From: Cyanophora paradoxa CCMP329
Taxonomy: Eukaryota; Plantae; Glaucophyta
Direction: 5' to 3'
Assembly: GCA_004431415.1 (NCBI GenBank)
Contig: QPMI01000295.1
Span: 1 to 64,000, forward strand
Length of the DNA stretch: 64,000 nucleotides
Of the stretch, positions 1 to 12,870 are shown piece after piece (the stretch's first letter is position 1; every line of letters starts with the position of its first letter). The notes below the pieces were generated by a model. That model was given only the letters and a program-made list of their open reading frames with translations. It ran no database searches and was not told where the DNA came from. A program made the position numbers and the translations under genes.

Positions 1-2512
1 GAAGAACGACGCGCTGGTGGGCCTCCAGGAGATGCTCGTGTACGGCATCAAGGGCATCTGCGCCTACGCCGACCACGCCCTCATGAACAAGGCCCGCCCC
101 CACGCCCCCCCGCCCGCCCGGCCCCGCTGAGGCGGCTGCGGGCGGCAGTTCGAGAGCGCACACGTGTACGCCTTCGTGCACCGCGGCCTCGCCTTCCTCC
201 TCGAGAAGGAGGCCCGCGACATGGGCAAGGCGCGCGCGCCCCGCCCGCCCGCCCCCCGCCCTCCGGCGCGCCCCTGACCGCGCCGCGGGCCGCGCGCAGG
301 TGCTGGACATGCTGCTCGACTGCGGCGAGGCGAACCTGGTGACGATGGACATCCTGCACAAGGCCAACACCACCTACGGGCCCCAGGTCCCCCTCGCGGG
401 CCCCCGCCCCTCCCCCTCCCCCTCTGACCCCGCCGGGGGCGGCAGACGCCCTACGTGGTCCCCGTCAAGCCCGTCCCCGGTCCGCTCTGCCCTCCTCGGG
501 GCGGCAAGCCCGGGGCTGACCGCCAGGCGCGCAGGGAAGTGCATCCTGGTTTCGGGGCACGAGATGAGCCACATTGAGGCCATCCTCAAGCAGGCCCGGC
601 CCCGCCCCCCGCCCGCCCCGCCCCGGCCGCCACCTCACCGCGGCCGCCCCCCCAGACGGAGGGCAAGGGCGTCAACGTCTACACGCACGTGCGGCGGCCC
701 CGGCTCCGCCGCGCCTGCGCCGGCGACGGGGCGGGCAGGGGGAGATGCTGCCGGCGCACGGGTACCCGAAGCTGCGCGAGTTCAAGCACCTCGTGGGGCA
801 CTTCGGGCAGGCCTGGCAGCGCCAGTCCGTCGAGTTCGGTGCCCCCGCCCGCCCCGGTCCCTTCACGGCCCCGCCCCTCACCGCTCCGCGCCGCCCCGCA
901 GGCTGGTTCCCGGGGGCCATCGTGATGACGACCAACTGCCTGACGGCGCCCCGCGAGGGCTACCTCGACCGCATCTTCACCAGCGGCGCCGTCGGCTGGC
1001 CCGGCGTGCCCCACATCGACGGCAACGACTACACCGCCGTCATCAAGCGGTGCGCCGCCCCCAGCCCCGGCCCCGGCCCGGCCCGGCGCGACCTCGAGGG
1101 GCAGGGCGCTGGAGCTGCCGGGCTTCCTCGAGGCCGACTCCGAGTTCAAGGCCCGCCCCGCCCCGTCCCGCCCTCTCTATCCCCCCTGAGCCCGCCGCAG
1201 TACCCCTCCATCGCCGCCATGCCCCGCGTCCCGGAGTTCACCGTCGTCCGCTCCCGCCCTCCTCCCCGCGGCGCGCCCCTCCCCACGCCCCCCGCAGGGG
1301 TACGGCTCCGAGACCGTCATCGCGAACGCGGATAAGGTTTCTGCGCCCTCTCGCGCCTGTGCCCCGGGCCGAGCCGTTGGCAGGTGATCGACGGGATCAA
1401 GAACGGCGCCATCACGCGCTTCTACGTCATCGGTGCCCTCGCCTGCCCCACCGCCCGCCCGCCCCTTCGCCGACTCCCGCGGCAGGCGGCTGCGACGGCT
1501 TCGCCGGGGAGCGCTCCTACTACACGGGTGCCCCCTTTGCGTCCCTCCCGCGGGGCCCCTCGGCGCTCAGCGGTGCGGGGCAGACTTCACGCGCATGCTC
1601 CCGGAGACCTCCGTCGTCCTCACCGCCGGTACCCCCCCCCCCCCTCGGGGCCCGGGGCGGGGGCGGCGCGTGAGACGGGGGCGGCAGGGTGCGGGAAGTA
1701 CCGGGTGAACCACCTGGAGTACAAGACGATCGGGGCGACGGGCATCCCCCGCCTCCTCGACATGGGTGCGCGGCCTACCCCAGGCCCCCGCGCCCCCTCC
1801 TCAGCCTCTCCCCCCCGGCAGGCCAGTGCAACGACTCCTACAGCGCCATCCAGGCGCCGCGCACCCCCCGCCCCCTCCCCCCGGGCCTGACGGCGGCCTC
1901 AGATCGCGGTGGCGCTGGCGGGGGCCCTCAACTGCTCCATCCACGACCTGCCCCTCTCCATCGTCCTCTCCTGGTGCCCCCCCCCCCCCCCCCCCCCCCC
2001 CACCCCACCCCCCACCCCCCTCCCTCCCCTCCCCTCCGGCCCGAGCGGGGCGGGGCGGCAGGTTCGAGCAGAAGGCGGTGGCCGTCCTCCTCACCCTCCT
2101 CCACCTCGGCCTCAAGGCGCCGCCCGGCCCCCGGCCCCCGGCCTCCGGCCCCGCCGAGCGCCGCCGCAGAACATGCGCGTGGGGCCGACCCTGCCGGCCT
2201 TCCTGCGCCCCTCCGTCATCAAGGTCCTCAACGAGAAGGCGCGCGCCGGCCGATGCCGAGCCCCCTCCCACGCCGCCCGGCCGCGGGGCTCACGGGGCAC
2301 GCCGGGGCGGCAGTTCGGGCTGAAGCTCGTGGGGGACCCCGTGAGCGACCTCACCGACATCCTCGGCTTCAAGCCCGACGTGCGCCCCCGCCCCGCCCCT
2401 GGGGCCCCCCGCCCCGCGCCCCCCGCCCCCGCTCCCTGACCCCGCGCCCGCCCCGGCGCATGTGCAGCCGGAGGCCCCGACGGTGGCCACCATGCGGGCC
2501 CCCAACCCGTGA
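1..2512 (+). CDS. hcp: Hybrid cluster protein / hydroxylamine reductase (prismane); 5' end outside window, 20 short introns
   Basis: Spliced reconstruction gives [87 protein letters not shown]; stop TGA 2510-2512. Confidence 0.93.
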
Positions 2513-3081
2513 GCGCCCGGCGCGATCCCCGAGCGCCCGGCGGCCCCACGGCCGGCGTCGGCGTCCCCCTGTACAGCTCGAGCTCCAGCGAGGCCACACT
2601 GCGATCGGTAGATCTAGATTTGTAGATCCATCGTTATCTACTCTTCTTCTGTAAATAGCGGAGTTTGTGTGTGCTCTGAAAACCGTAATAGCGCGTACGC
2701 GTTGGCGTACGTACGCGCGCGTTGACCGCGAACGAGAGCGAACGAGAGCGCGCGGGGCGACGCACAAGTTTAGCTATAGGTTCATGCTCAAAGCGCATCT
2801 CCGGTTTGGCTCCATCGGTCTCGATCTGCGAGCGGCGGCGTGGGGCCGTCAGGGAGGGCAAGCGATCGCTCCCGGCGAGTTAGAGCCGGGGGGCGTGGAC
2901 TGCTGTTGCGCTGCTGTCGATGCGCGCCGCTGCGATGCCGCGAGCTCCTGCTCGCGCGTAAGCCGGCCAGTTGCAACACGCGCCGGGTACAGGTCTTCAT
3001 CAAGGTTGGCGGGAACCGGGGCTCATGAGCTAGTTCTGCGGCACGGCGTTCGGCTACACGCACCCAGCTACAGCCAGCGAC

Positions 3082-6000
3082 ATGAAAGCGATTGCGTTCG
3101 CCGCGCGCCTGGCCGTGGTGCGGCCCCGCCAGCTGCTCGTTCACCGGGGCGCTTACATTGCCTTCCTGCAGTTGGCATTGGTCGCTGCGATCGTAGCTTG
3201 CCAAGAGACGCCAGGAACTGCACTGGATGGCTCGGGCCCGAGCACCTCGCGCAGCTTGCTGGCCGTCGTGCCGAACAGCGACGCCCAGTACTCGCTGAAC
3301 TGGAACAGCGTGAGCTCTCTTCGTAGCTAAGCGAGTCTGGCCGCCCTTGATGGCCCGGCAGGTGCCTGGCTCGTCCTCGCCGCGCAACTTGAACAACGTC
3401 GGTGCGGCTGCCGCCCGGATCGCGACGCCGCCCGCGCGCTGAGCTGCGGAGGCGCAGACCTGGCGACATGCACGTGTGACCTCACGGTGAACCAGTGCGA
3501 CACCTTCTGCTGCTGCGACCCGGACTGCTCGGACCGGGAGCGCAACTCCGTCTTCCCCCCACGCTGCGTCGCGGACGGGACGGCGCCGAGCCCCGTCCCG
3601 AAGTGCGCGGAGCTCGACCGGGTGCCTTCTTCCGCCGCCGCCGCCGCCGCCGCTGCCGGGGGCCGGGGGCCGGGGGCTGAGAGCGGGGGCGGCAGGTGAA
3701 TTCGCGGGACCCGAACCTGCGGATCGTGCCCAACCCCTCCTTCCTGGACCGCCAGCTCTGCGTCGCCTACGACAACAGTCCGCCCCGCCCCGCCCCGCCC
3801 CGCCCCGCCCCGCCGGGCGCCGCGTGCCGAGGGGGCGGGGCGGGGCGGCAGACCCCTCGCGGGGCGAGTTCTACTCCTCCTCGGTCCCCCTGCCGACGAC
3901 CGACGACGAGTTCAAGTGAGCGAGCCGGCGCCTGCGAGGCGGCCCCGCGCGGGGGCGCGAGCGGGCGGGGGCGCAGGAACCTGATCGCGGCGCGGGCGCC
4001 CTTCAACTTCATCCCCAAGGCGGTCGCCAAGGCGGCCTCCTTCGTGGACGACCAGCCCTACAAGGCCGGCGAGCGCGTCGGCGCCCTCTACGGCTCCCAG
4101 ACCGCCTCCGCCACCGGCCTCGCCTCCTGGTACCAGGTCCGAGCCCCGCCCCCGCCCTCCTCCCCTCCTCCCGCCGCCCCGCGCCCACGGGCGGCGCGCA
4201 GGTGGGCAGCGGCGGCTTCCCCGTCTTCGCGCCCGGCCCCGACGGCCTCTGCACCTGGGGCAACGACGTCGGTGCGGCCGGCGCCGCCTCTTCGCCCTAT
4301 TCGCAGCCCGCGCCCACCCGCTCCCCCCTCCAGGGTACATGGTGGACGTCCCCCTCGCCTCCTGCACCGTCCGCCTGCCGAACTACCTCACGGTACCCCT
4401 CCCCCGCGCCCCCGCGCCGCGTCCGGCCCGAGCGGGGCGCGCCAGTCGTGCAAGACGGACCCGTGGCTGCGCTGGGACATGTACGCCTCGCGCACCGCCA
4501 CGGACAAGTGCGCTCTGCGCTGCCCCGCGCCCTGCGCCGGCCTCGGGGCCTCACGCTCCGCGCCCCAGGACCGACACGTGGGCCGGGCTCTACCTCGAGC
4601 TGGTGCCGCCCGCCCGCCCGCCCTGCTCGCCGCCCCCTCGCCTCACGGGCCGGCACGCACGCAGGTGTCGAACCCGGACCCGCGCAACTGGGCGCTGGCG
4701 GGGGTGAGCGCCGGGGGCATCACGGCGACGGACACCGTCATCCCCGTCGCCCTCGCCCAGGTGCGCCGACCGCCTCGCCCGCGCCCCCGCGCCCCCGCGC
4801 CCCGCGCTCGCCGAGCCGGGGCGGGGCGGGCAGAGCACGCTGCCCCTGCCCAGCGTCTCGGTCGCCACGAGCAACGCGAGCTCCGCCTGCCGCAACGCCG
4901 TCGTCTCCGTGCGGCCCGGCACCCGCGCAGCGCCACCCGCCGCCCGCCTCACCGCCGCGCCGCCCCAGGTCGCGTGGACGATCACGACGAACGGCCAGGG
5001 GCGCATCTCCGCCGCCTCCGCCGACGTCAAGCTCGCGTGCGCCCCGCCCCTCCCGCCACCCCGCCCGCCCCGCCCGCCCCCCGACCCGGCCCCGCCCCGC
5101 CAGGGCCCTCACCTCGAACACCTTCGTGCGCAACATGAGCGTCACCTGGGTCCGGGTGCGCCCCGCCCCGCCTCCCCGCCCCGCCCCGCCCCGGAGCTGG
5201 AGCGTCGGCGCAGGACGCGGCGGCCGAGCGGCGGCCGCGCTCGGGTCGCCCGGGGTACGTGGCGGGGAAGCCGGTCCTCGCGGGCATCCTCCAGACCCTC
5301 GACACGAGATACGCCGCCCCCGCCGCCGCCCGCCGCGCGCTCGCCCCGACGCTTGGGGCACGCGGGCGATCTCGCAGCTGGTGAACGGGCTGACGGTGCT
5401 GGCCCCCGGGCCTGGCTCCCTCGCCGGCGACTGCACCACCGCCGTCCGCACCCAGGCGCGCCCCGCCCCCGCGCCCTTCCCTCCTCTGGTGCCGCCCCCC
5501 GACGGCGGGGAGCAGGCGCTGTTCGGGAACAACATGCGGACGGCGTGCCGGGTGAGCTACACGCTGAAGGAGCTGGCGGCGAAGTGCAACGGGAGGCAGT
5601 TGGACCCGGTGCTGCAGCTCCCCGCGGGGGCGCTCTACGTGGGGGCCTGGGGCGACGCGGACGACCGCTACGCCTCCGACTGGGTGCCCCTCGAGCTCCT
5701 CGACCAGGCCGTCTCCGACATGCAGGCCCGCCCCCCCGCCCGCCCCCCGCCCCGCCCCTGCGCGGCTTACCAGGGCGGGGCGGGGCGCAGAGCGGGGCGG
5801 TGCAGACGCAGTTCGTCGACGCCGACTCGCGCTGCGTCAACTACGTCAACCGCCTCTCCATCGAGGCCCGCCGGGGCCCCTCCTCTCATGCGGGGCCGCC
5901 CCTGAGCCGCCGCCGGCGGCGCGCAGATCCTCACGGCGCGCGCCGGGTCGGTGCGGGCGCCCCAGCGCCGCATCGTCGCCGCCAAGGCCCGCTACTACAG

Positions 6001-6472
6001 GTCGGCCCCTCGCCTCCCCCCGCCGCCCCTCCGCAGCGCCCTTCCCCCGCGCTGACGCGGGGGCCGGGCAGCGTGGACTGGACCTTCCGGCGGCCCTCCC
6101 CGCGGGTCGCCGACGCGGTGCCGGCGGGCGGCGTGGAGCCGCGCGAGGCCCGCCCCGCGCCGGCGCGGCCGCGCCTCCCCTGCTGACCCCGCGCCCCCCG
6201 CAGGCCTTCTTCTTCGAGACGAGCGTGACGTTCGTGGACGTGCAGGACACGCCCCAGGTCCCGCCCCCGTGTCCCCCCGCCCCCCCCCCCTCGAGCCGGG
6301 GGCGCAGATCTTCCACCCGCCGGCCCCGCCGCTGCTGCCGACGGTGCCCCAGGACGTCTTCTACCCCTTCATCCTCACCAACGCCGCCCCGGCCCCCGCC
6401 CCCGCCCCGCTCCTCCTCCCCCTCCTCGCCGCCGCCCTCGCCCTCGCCCTCGCCCGCGCCCTCCCCCGCTGA
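3082..6472 (+). CDS. Tectonic family ciliary transition-zone protein (multi-exon)
   Basis: Hydrophobic N-terminus; Cys motif CTCDLTVNQCDTFCCCDPDC (about 3468-3530); LFGNNMRTAC; C-terminal DVFYPF followed by a hydrophobic GPI/TM-like tail. Confidence 0.85.
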
Positions 6473-6999
6473 GCGCCCCGCAGCGCCGCGGCACCCTCCC
6501 CGTAGTCAGTCGAGTAGAGCACGCAAACGCAATCTTCATCGGTCCGTAGGCTGCTCGTCGTGAGCATCGGGGAGCGCTGGGGCAAGGGGGAACTTCGGAG
6601 TGTGGGTCGAAGGCTGTGTGTGAGCGCCCCTCCGAACTTCGGATCGCTGAACTCTCGCGAGCTCGACTCGGTCATTCTCAGCGAGCAGCCGAGTTTGAGG
6701 GTCCACCGTGGCACGGTAACGCTGCGGCTCGTGCTAGACTCTGAGACCCTGCTAGCGCTGCGAGCGCTCGATCCTGACCAACTTGTGGTAAGTCCCGGGT
6801 CCTTTCATGTCAAGCATGTGTTGAACTTGCGAGTCGCTGAGCCCTGCAGCTGTTCAACGCTCACCGTGGCACCCGCGTTTGACTCTACTGCGAGGCACTG
6901 CGGCACCCGACGCATCGAGCCCATTGATTAAAAGAAAGAAGCTTGAAAGAAGCGCGACACAAGGAAGCCGGCAGGGGCGCCACCGGCAGGGCAGGCGGG

Positions 7000-9662
7000 C
7001 TACTCGGAGGGGAGGACGGCGCAGCGGCGGGCCCAGGGGGAGGCGTACAGGCACACGACCTTCCCGCAGCAGTACGCCTCGCAGCAGGTCCCCCCCAGCA
7101 CGTGCAGCCGCCGGCACGCCGGGCAGTTGCGCCGGAGGTCGGGGCCGGGCTGCGGGTCGGGCGGCGGGACGGGGGAGCGGGGCGGGGGCGAGCGCGAGGG
7201 CCCCACGCCGACGGAGCGGGTGCCGGGGGCGAAGGGCCCCTCCTCCCTCGCCCCCGGCCCGGCCTCGTCCTCTTCCTCGGAGGAGGAGGCCTCGATCTGG
7301 TCCTGCTCCACCCCGTCCCCGATCTCGTCCTCGTCACCCTCGTCCCCCTCCTCCTCCCTGCCCCCCGGCCTCACCCTCGTGCTTCCTTCGCGGGCCGGCG
7401 CGCGCACCCGTCGAAGGCGTCGGCGGGGCTCGGCGGCCGCTCCGCAACCGAATCGGCGCGCCGGAGCCGGGCGGGGATGCGGACGCGCTGCAGGGCCCTG
7501 CGCGGCGGCGGCTCGGAGGCGGGAGCGCTCGGGGAGGGGGGCGGGCGGGCCTGTGGCCGCCGCCGGGGGGCAGGAGGAGGCGGGCGGCGAAGGTGAGCGG
7601 GGCGCCCGAGAGGCGGTGCCCGACGAAGAGGACCTGCCCGCCTTCCTGAGCGGAAGGGGGCGGGAGGGAGGAGAGGGGGCGGGGGCACCTCGAGGGAGCG
7701 GGAGGCGCCGGCGGGGGCGGAGCAGAGGGGCGGGCTCGGGCTCTCGATCCCCGCCCCGGCCTGCAGCGCCGCCCCGAAGAGCTGCCGCCGGCGTCACGCG
7801 GGGCCCTGTTTTTGACCCGGCGGGGGGTGCCGCACGGAGAGGGAGATGAGGGAGGGGCACGCCTGCGCGATGGACACCACCGACTCCCGCCAGCTGCCCC
7901 GGCGCCCTCCGCTTCAGCTCCACGCCGGCGCGGGGGGCGGGGGGCTGGGGGCGGCGCGCCTGACGGCCCCCGCGGACTCGGCGGAGAGGGCGAGGTGGCG
8001 GAGGGCGCGGGGCGGGGCGGAGCGCAGCGAGTCGCGCAGGGGCGCCAGCGGGCAGCCCGCCGCCGGGGCCGCGTGGACGAGGTCGAGGCAGGCGATCTCG
8101 AGGGCGGGGCAGGCCGCCCAGAGCGCCCCGAGGTGCCCCGCCGAGACGCTCCCCGCGTCCAGCCGGCACGCCAGGCCGCTGCCCAGGGCGTGAGGGCACG
8201 GAGGGGGGGGAGGGAGGGGCGGGGCGCGCCGGAGGCCGGAGCCGAGGCGGCAGAGGGAGGCGACGCCGGCCGGGGAGAGGGACGGGATGCGCGTCGTGTG
8301 CAGCACCTGCCGGCGGGAGAGGAGCTCAGGCCGCCGAGCGAGGACGGCGGGGCGGGGCGGGGCGGGCACGTGGTGGTCGAGGACGCGCATGCCGATGCGC
8401 TGGTGCGGCGAGAGGTACACCACCTGCCCCGCGGTACGTCGTTCGGAAGGGGGGCGGGGCGGGGGCGGGGCGGGGCGGACGGCGAGGCGCGGGGCGGCGG
8501 CGACGAGGCGCGCGAGCTCCTCGTCCGAGAGGCACTGCCCCGCCCCTCAGCCCGCGCCCGCGCGCCGGCGGGAGTACCCCCACCTCGAGGAAGGCGGCGC
8601 GGAGCGAGGGGAGGGGGCCCTTCACCGCCTCCAGCACCGCGCCGGGCTGCCCGGGGGCACGCGGTCGGCGCCTGTCGCAGGGGAGGGGCGGGGCGGCGCA
8701 CGGAGCGGCCCGGGGAGGGGAAGAGGGCGAGGGTGCGGAGGGTGTCGGCGCAGGCGTCGAGGGCGGCGGCGACGGCGGGGGCGCCGACGTGCAGGCAGAA
8801 GAGCAGCGAGAGCGCCTGCGGGGGCGCGGGCTCAGAGGGCCCCCCGGGGGGAGCGGTGCGCGGCGCGCCTCGAGGGAGCGGTGGGCGGCGAGGGCGGCCA
8901 GGCCGGCCTGCCGCGCCGTGAGGGAAGGAGGGCGGGGACGAAGGCGGGGGCACGGACGTCTGTGAGGGCGCTGGTGAGGCAGGCGCGGCGGACGGCGGCG
9001 GCCTCCTCGAGGACGGCGTGGAGGGCGGCCGCGCAGGCCCCCGCGGGGAAGCGGGCGCGCAGGCAGAGCGACGTGAGGCGCCGGACGCCCCCGGCGGCGG
9101 CGAAGGACTGCAGCGCCGCGCCCGTCTCCTCCGTGAAGGTCAGCCGCGCGTGGCGGAGCGCCGGGAAGGCGCGCCCCGCGTGGCCCGCGCTCTCCGCCTC
9201 CGCGAACGCTGCCGCCAGCGCTGAGGGGCGCGCGCGAGGGCAGCGAGCGGCGCTGCGCACCGGCCTCGAGGGCGCGCACGCTGCGCCAGCGCCTCTGCGC
9301 GATGAAGCGCTCAACCCTCGCCCGCCGCTCATCGGACGGCTCCGCTTCCGTAAGGAGGAGTCTCAAAAAGGGCCACATCACCGCGTCCTGACGGCCGGCG
9401 TGAACCCAACGTGGACGCCCGTCAGAGCGAGCATGGCGAACTCTGAGAATGTCGCGTATGCGCCGGCACGTCGCGGCGCACGAACTCCTGTCCCGCTCGC
9501 TCAGGCGGAGGAGGATCTGCGCGGGTCTCACCGATCGCTTCGAAAGCGTTAGCTAGAGCGGAGGCGCACTTGCTGCAAGATCGCGTCGGGGAGCTGGAGT
9601 ATCGGGGAGCTCGACGAAACGAGTTGGGCCGGGTCCGGGGACTCCGTGCTGCTCGCCGACAT
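7000..9662 (-). CDS. F-box protein with probable LRR-like region, acidic tract and Cys-rich C-terminus (multi-exon)
   Basis: ATG 9662; spliced ILQLPDAILQQ|ILLRLSERDRSSCAATCRR is an F-box motif; segments FPALRHARL and CPALEIACL; C-terminus CPACRRLHVLGGTCCEAYCCGKVVC. Confidence 0.65.
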
Positions 9663-10027
9663 GGCGGGCGTCGCCGCAGGATTTCCATCGTGCATCGATC
9701 AGCTAGCGAGCTCGCGTCCCTCGCGTTCGCGGGCAGGCAAGTTCGTGCAAGGGGTACGCGACAAGGGGCGGGGGTGGGTGGGGGGTAGCAATTAACCAGT
9801 AAACCCAAACGTCGCAGCCTTAGCCCGCCCGGACGCGGACGAGAGCGAGGCACCGAATCGCGTCATTGTACGGTCTACGCACCCGCTCCTTTGGCCCTTC
9901 GACCAGCTTTCGTGCTGCCGGTTTCCGACCGCGTTAACGTTCGCGGCATCAGCTGCGTCCGTCGACTCGGGTCCGACTTCAGAGCAGCTAAGACACCGGC
10001 TCGAGTGCGGCTCGCCGCGCCGCTTCG

Positions 10028-12628
10028 ATGGAACATGTGCGGGCGGTGCTCTCGGGGGAGAAGGGCGGCGGCCTGGCGGCGGCCGTCGGGGCGCTGGGGG
10101 CGCTCTGGGGCCTGCGGGCCGTGCTGCGAGGCCGGCGCCTGGACCTCGACGACATGCCCCAGGCGCGCGGCGAGTGGCCCTGGCCCGTCGGCTGCGTCCC
10201 CCGTGCGCCTCCGCCGCCCCTGGCCGCCGCGCCGACGTCGCGCCGGCTCAGACGGCATCGCGCAGGCCTGCTGAAGCTGGACAACCACGAGTTCCTGCGC
10301 ACGATCCACGAGGAGTCCGGGCCCGTCGTCCACATGAACCTCGGCGCCAGTGCGCCGCCGCCGAGACCGCCGAGGCCGCCGGGGCCGGCCGCGCGCGGGG
10401 CTCGACAACCGCCCTGACCCACCTTTCTTGCGCGCCTGCAGTGGACGTGGTCAGCGTGGCGGACTTCGAGCTCGTGAAGACGGTGCGAGCGGCGGCGCCC
10501 GATCGCGGGCCTGCGCGCCCGCGCGCCCGCGCGCCGGCGAGCCGCGCCCGCCCCGCAGATCCTGAGCAAGCCGAACGTCTTCGTACCCGGGGAGCGCCTC
10601 GTCTGGCAGTACTTTCGCCCCCTCGCCGAAGGCCTCATCAGTGCGCCGCGTACCCCCGATCCCTCCCCCCCCGCCGATCCTGTACCCCAGTGCTGTGGGG
10701 CGAGCAGTGGCGGCGGGAGCGGAACGTCCTCTCCCCCGCCTTCGGCGTCGAGGCCCTCGCCGCCATGGAGGCACCCCCCTCCCGTCCGCCCCTACCCCCC
10801 CTCTTTCCGATCGCCGTACCCCCGCAGCACATCTTCGCCCGGCACACGGCGACGGCGCTCGACATGTGGACGCGCGCCCCCGGCCTCGTCGACTTCAGCC
10901 GGGGTAGGCCCCTACCCCCACGACGCCGTACCCCCGCCGCCCGTCACCCCCCGGGGTGGCCGCAGGGTTCGGCAAGCTGACGCTGGACATCATCTGCCAC
11001 GCCGCCCTCGGGCAGCCCGCCGGCGCCCTCGCCGGCGGTGCCCGCGTGCCCCGCGCGGTCCCCGTGCCCCCGCTCAGGCGGGTGCGCCAGACTCGGACTT
11101 CCCCGAGGCGCTGGACGGCATCATGGAGGAGGTCCAGCTCCGCACCACCGAGCCGGTGCCCCCGTCCAGCGCCCCCCGCCGGGCCGCGCCTGACAGCGGG
11201 GCGGGGCGCAGGTGCAGGTGTGGCGGGTTGTGGAGACGGCGCGGGCGAGGCGCTTCCGGAGGAACGTCGCACGCATCCAGCAGCACGCCGACAGGCCCGC
11301 CCGCCCCCGCCCCCGCCCCCGCCCCCCTCCCGCCGAGCCCCTGCCCCCAGGCTGCTCGAGCAGCGGCTGGGCCAGGCGGAGCAGCCGCCGGACATGCTGG
11401 GTCTGCACCGGCGCCCCCGCGCCCCGCCGTGGCCGACGCGGGGGCGGGGCCGGGGGCAGGGGCGATGATCGGGGCGCACCGGCGGGGGGAGCTCTCGCGG
11501 GAGGCCCTCCGCCACGAGGCCATCATGGTCATGGTCGCCGGCGCGCCCCCTACACCCCCGCCCCGGCCCCCCGGGCGAGCCGGCCGGCAGGGAACGACAC
11601 GAGCGCGATCTCGATGAGCTTCGCCGCCCGCCTCCTCGCCGCCTTCCCCGACGCCCAGCACCGCGCCCGAAGCGTCCGCTTCCCCGCCCCGCGCCCCCCG
11701 CTCCCCGCTCGGGCGGGGCTGAGGGGGCTGGCAGGAGGTGCGGGGGGCGGTGGCGGGGGCGCTGCCGACCCTCGCCGAGCTCGACCGCATGCCCTTCCTC
11801 ACCGCCGTCGTCAAGGCCCGCCCCCTCCCGCGCCTCCGGGGGCCCCCGCCCCGCCCGAGCCCCCGCGCAGGAGGCCCTCCGCCTGTACCCCTCCGGCTAC
11901 GTCGTCTTCCGCGCCCTCGAGCAGGACGCCGACGTCGGGGGGTACGCTCTCCCCAAGGGCACCCAGCTCTTCATCAGCGTCTACGCCATGCACCGCGATC
12001 CGAAGCGCGCCCGAGTCCCCCGCCGCCGCCCCGCGCCGCCCGCCGTCGGCTGAGTGCCCCCTCCCGCAGGGTCTGGGGCCCGGACGTGCACAAGTTCCGC
12101 CCCGAGCGCTTCCTCCCGGGTGCGAGGCTCCCAGGCGAGCGCCTCGCCCAACGCCTTCCCCCCTGAGGCGGGGGCAGGGGGCGGCGGGGACGAGGTGAAG
12201 GCGTTCATGCCCTTCTCGTGGGGCACCAAGGTGCGGGGGCGAGCCCGCCTCCCCCGGGGGCCGCCCCCGCCGACGCCCCGCCAGATGTGCCCCGGGCGGC
12301 ACCTCTCCATGGCCGAGATCCGCTACGCCCTCGCCTCCCTCCTCCTGGCGCCCGCCCCGCACCCCCCGCTCCGCATCCCCCGCCCCCGTCCCTGAGGCGC
12401 CGCGCTCGGGCGCCGCGCAGAGGTGCCGCCTGGAGCTGCCCGAAGGGACGCCGCTGGGGAGCCTCCCCGACGCCCGCATCGCATTCGCCCTCCGGCGCGC
12501 CCTTGCCCCCGCACGCGCACGCGCACGCGCGCGCCGCTGAGCGCCGGGGGGGGAGCAGGCCGCGGGAGAACGTCCTGCTGCGTGTCACGCCCCTGGACCC
12601 CGCAGCGCCCGAGGGACGCCCCGCCTGA
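10028..12628 (+). CDS. Cytochrome P450 (multi-exon)
   Basis: N-terminal anchor and WPWPVG; WRRER; I-helix AGNDTS; K-helix EALRLYP; KFRPERF; heme motif FMPFSWGTK|MCPG. Confidence 0.93.
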
Positions 12629-12809
12629 GCTCGACACAAGGGAGCCCTCCCCGCAGCGCCACCGGCCCCCGCGCATTATGCCCACCAAGCGTTGTCCCCT
12701 TCGAACTCCAGCTTAAATTCGAACGATTATTTTCCGCTTTGGTTATGATCAAACAGGCCACTAGGTTCAGCCGGGCGCCTGGCAGACTAAAGAAATTGCT
12801 ATCTGAAGT

Positions 12810-12870
12810 GTATGGCTGCCACGGCAGCCTTGCTTACAGCAAGCTAAGCACAACATGTCTTGTCATGAAG
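12810..12870 (-). repeat. Terminal repeat B (3' end of element 1)
   Basis: gtatggctgccacggcagccttgcttacagcaagctaagcacaacatgtcttgtcatgaag is identical at 12810, 19958 and 21997. Confidence 0.95.

Noticed and set aside
12763-12795. taggttc..gactaaaga resembling the right junction of element 1, as a target duplication
   Set aside because: Short, interrupted and offset from the element end, so it may be chance.
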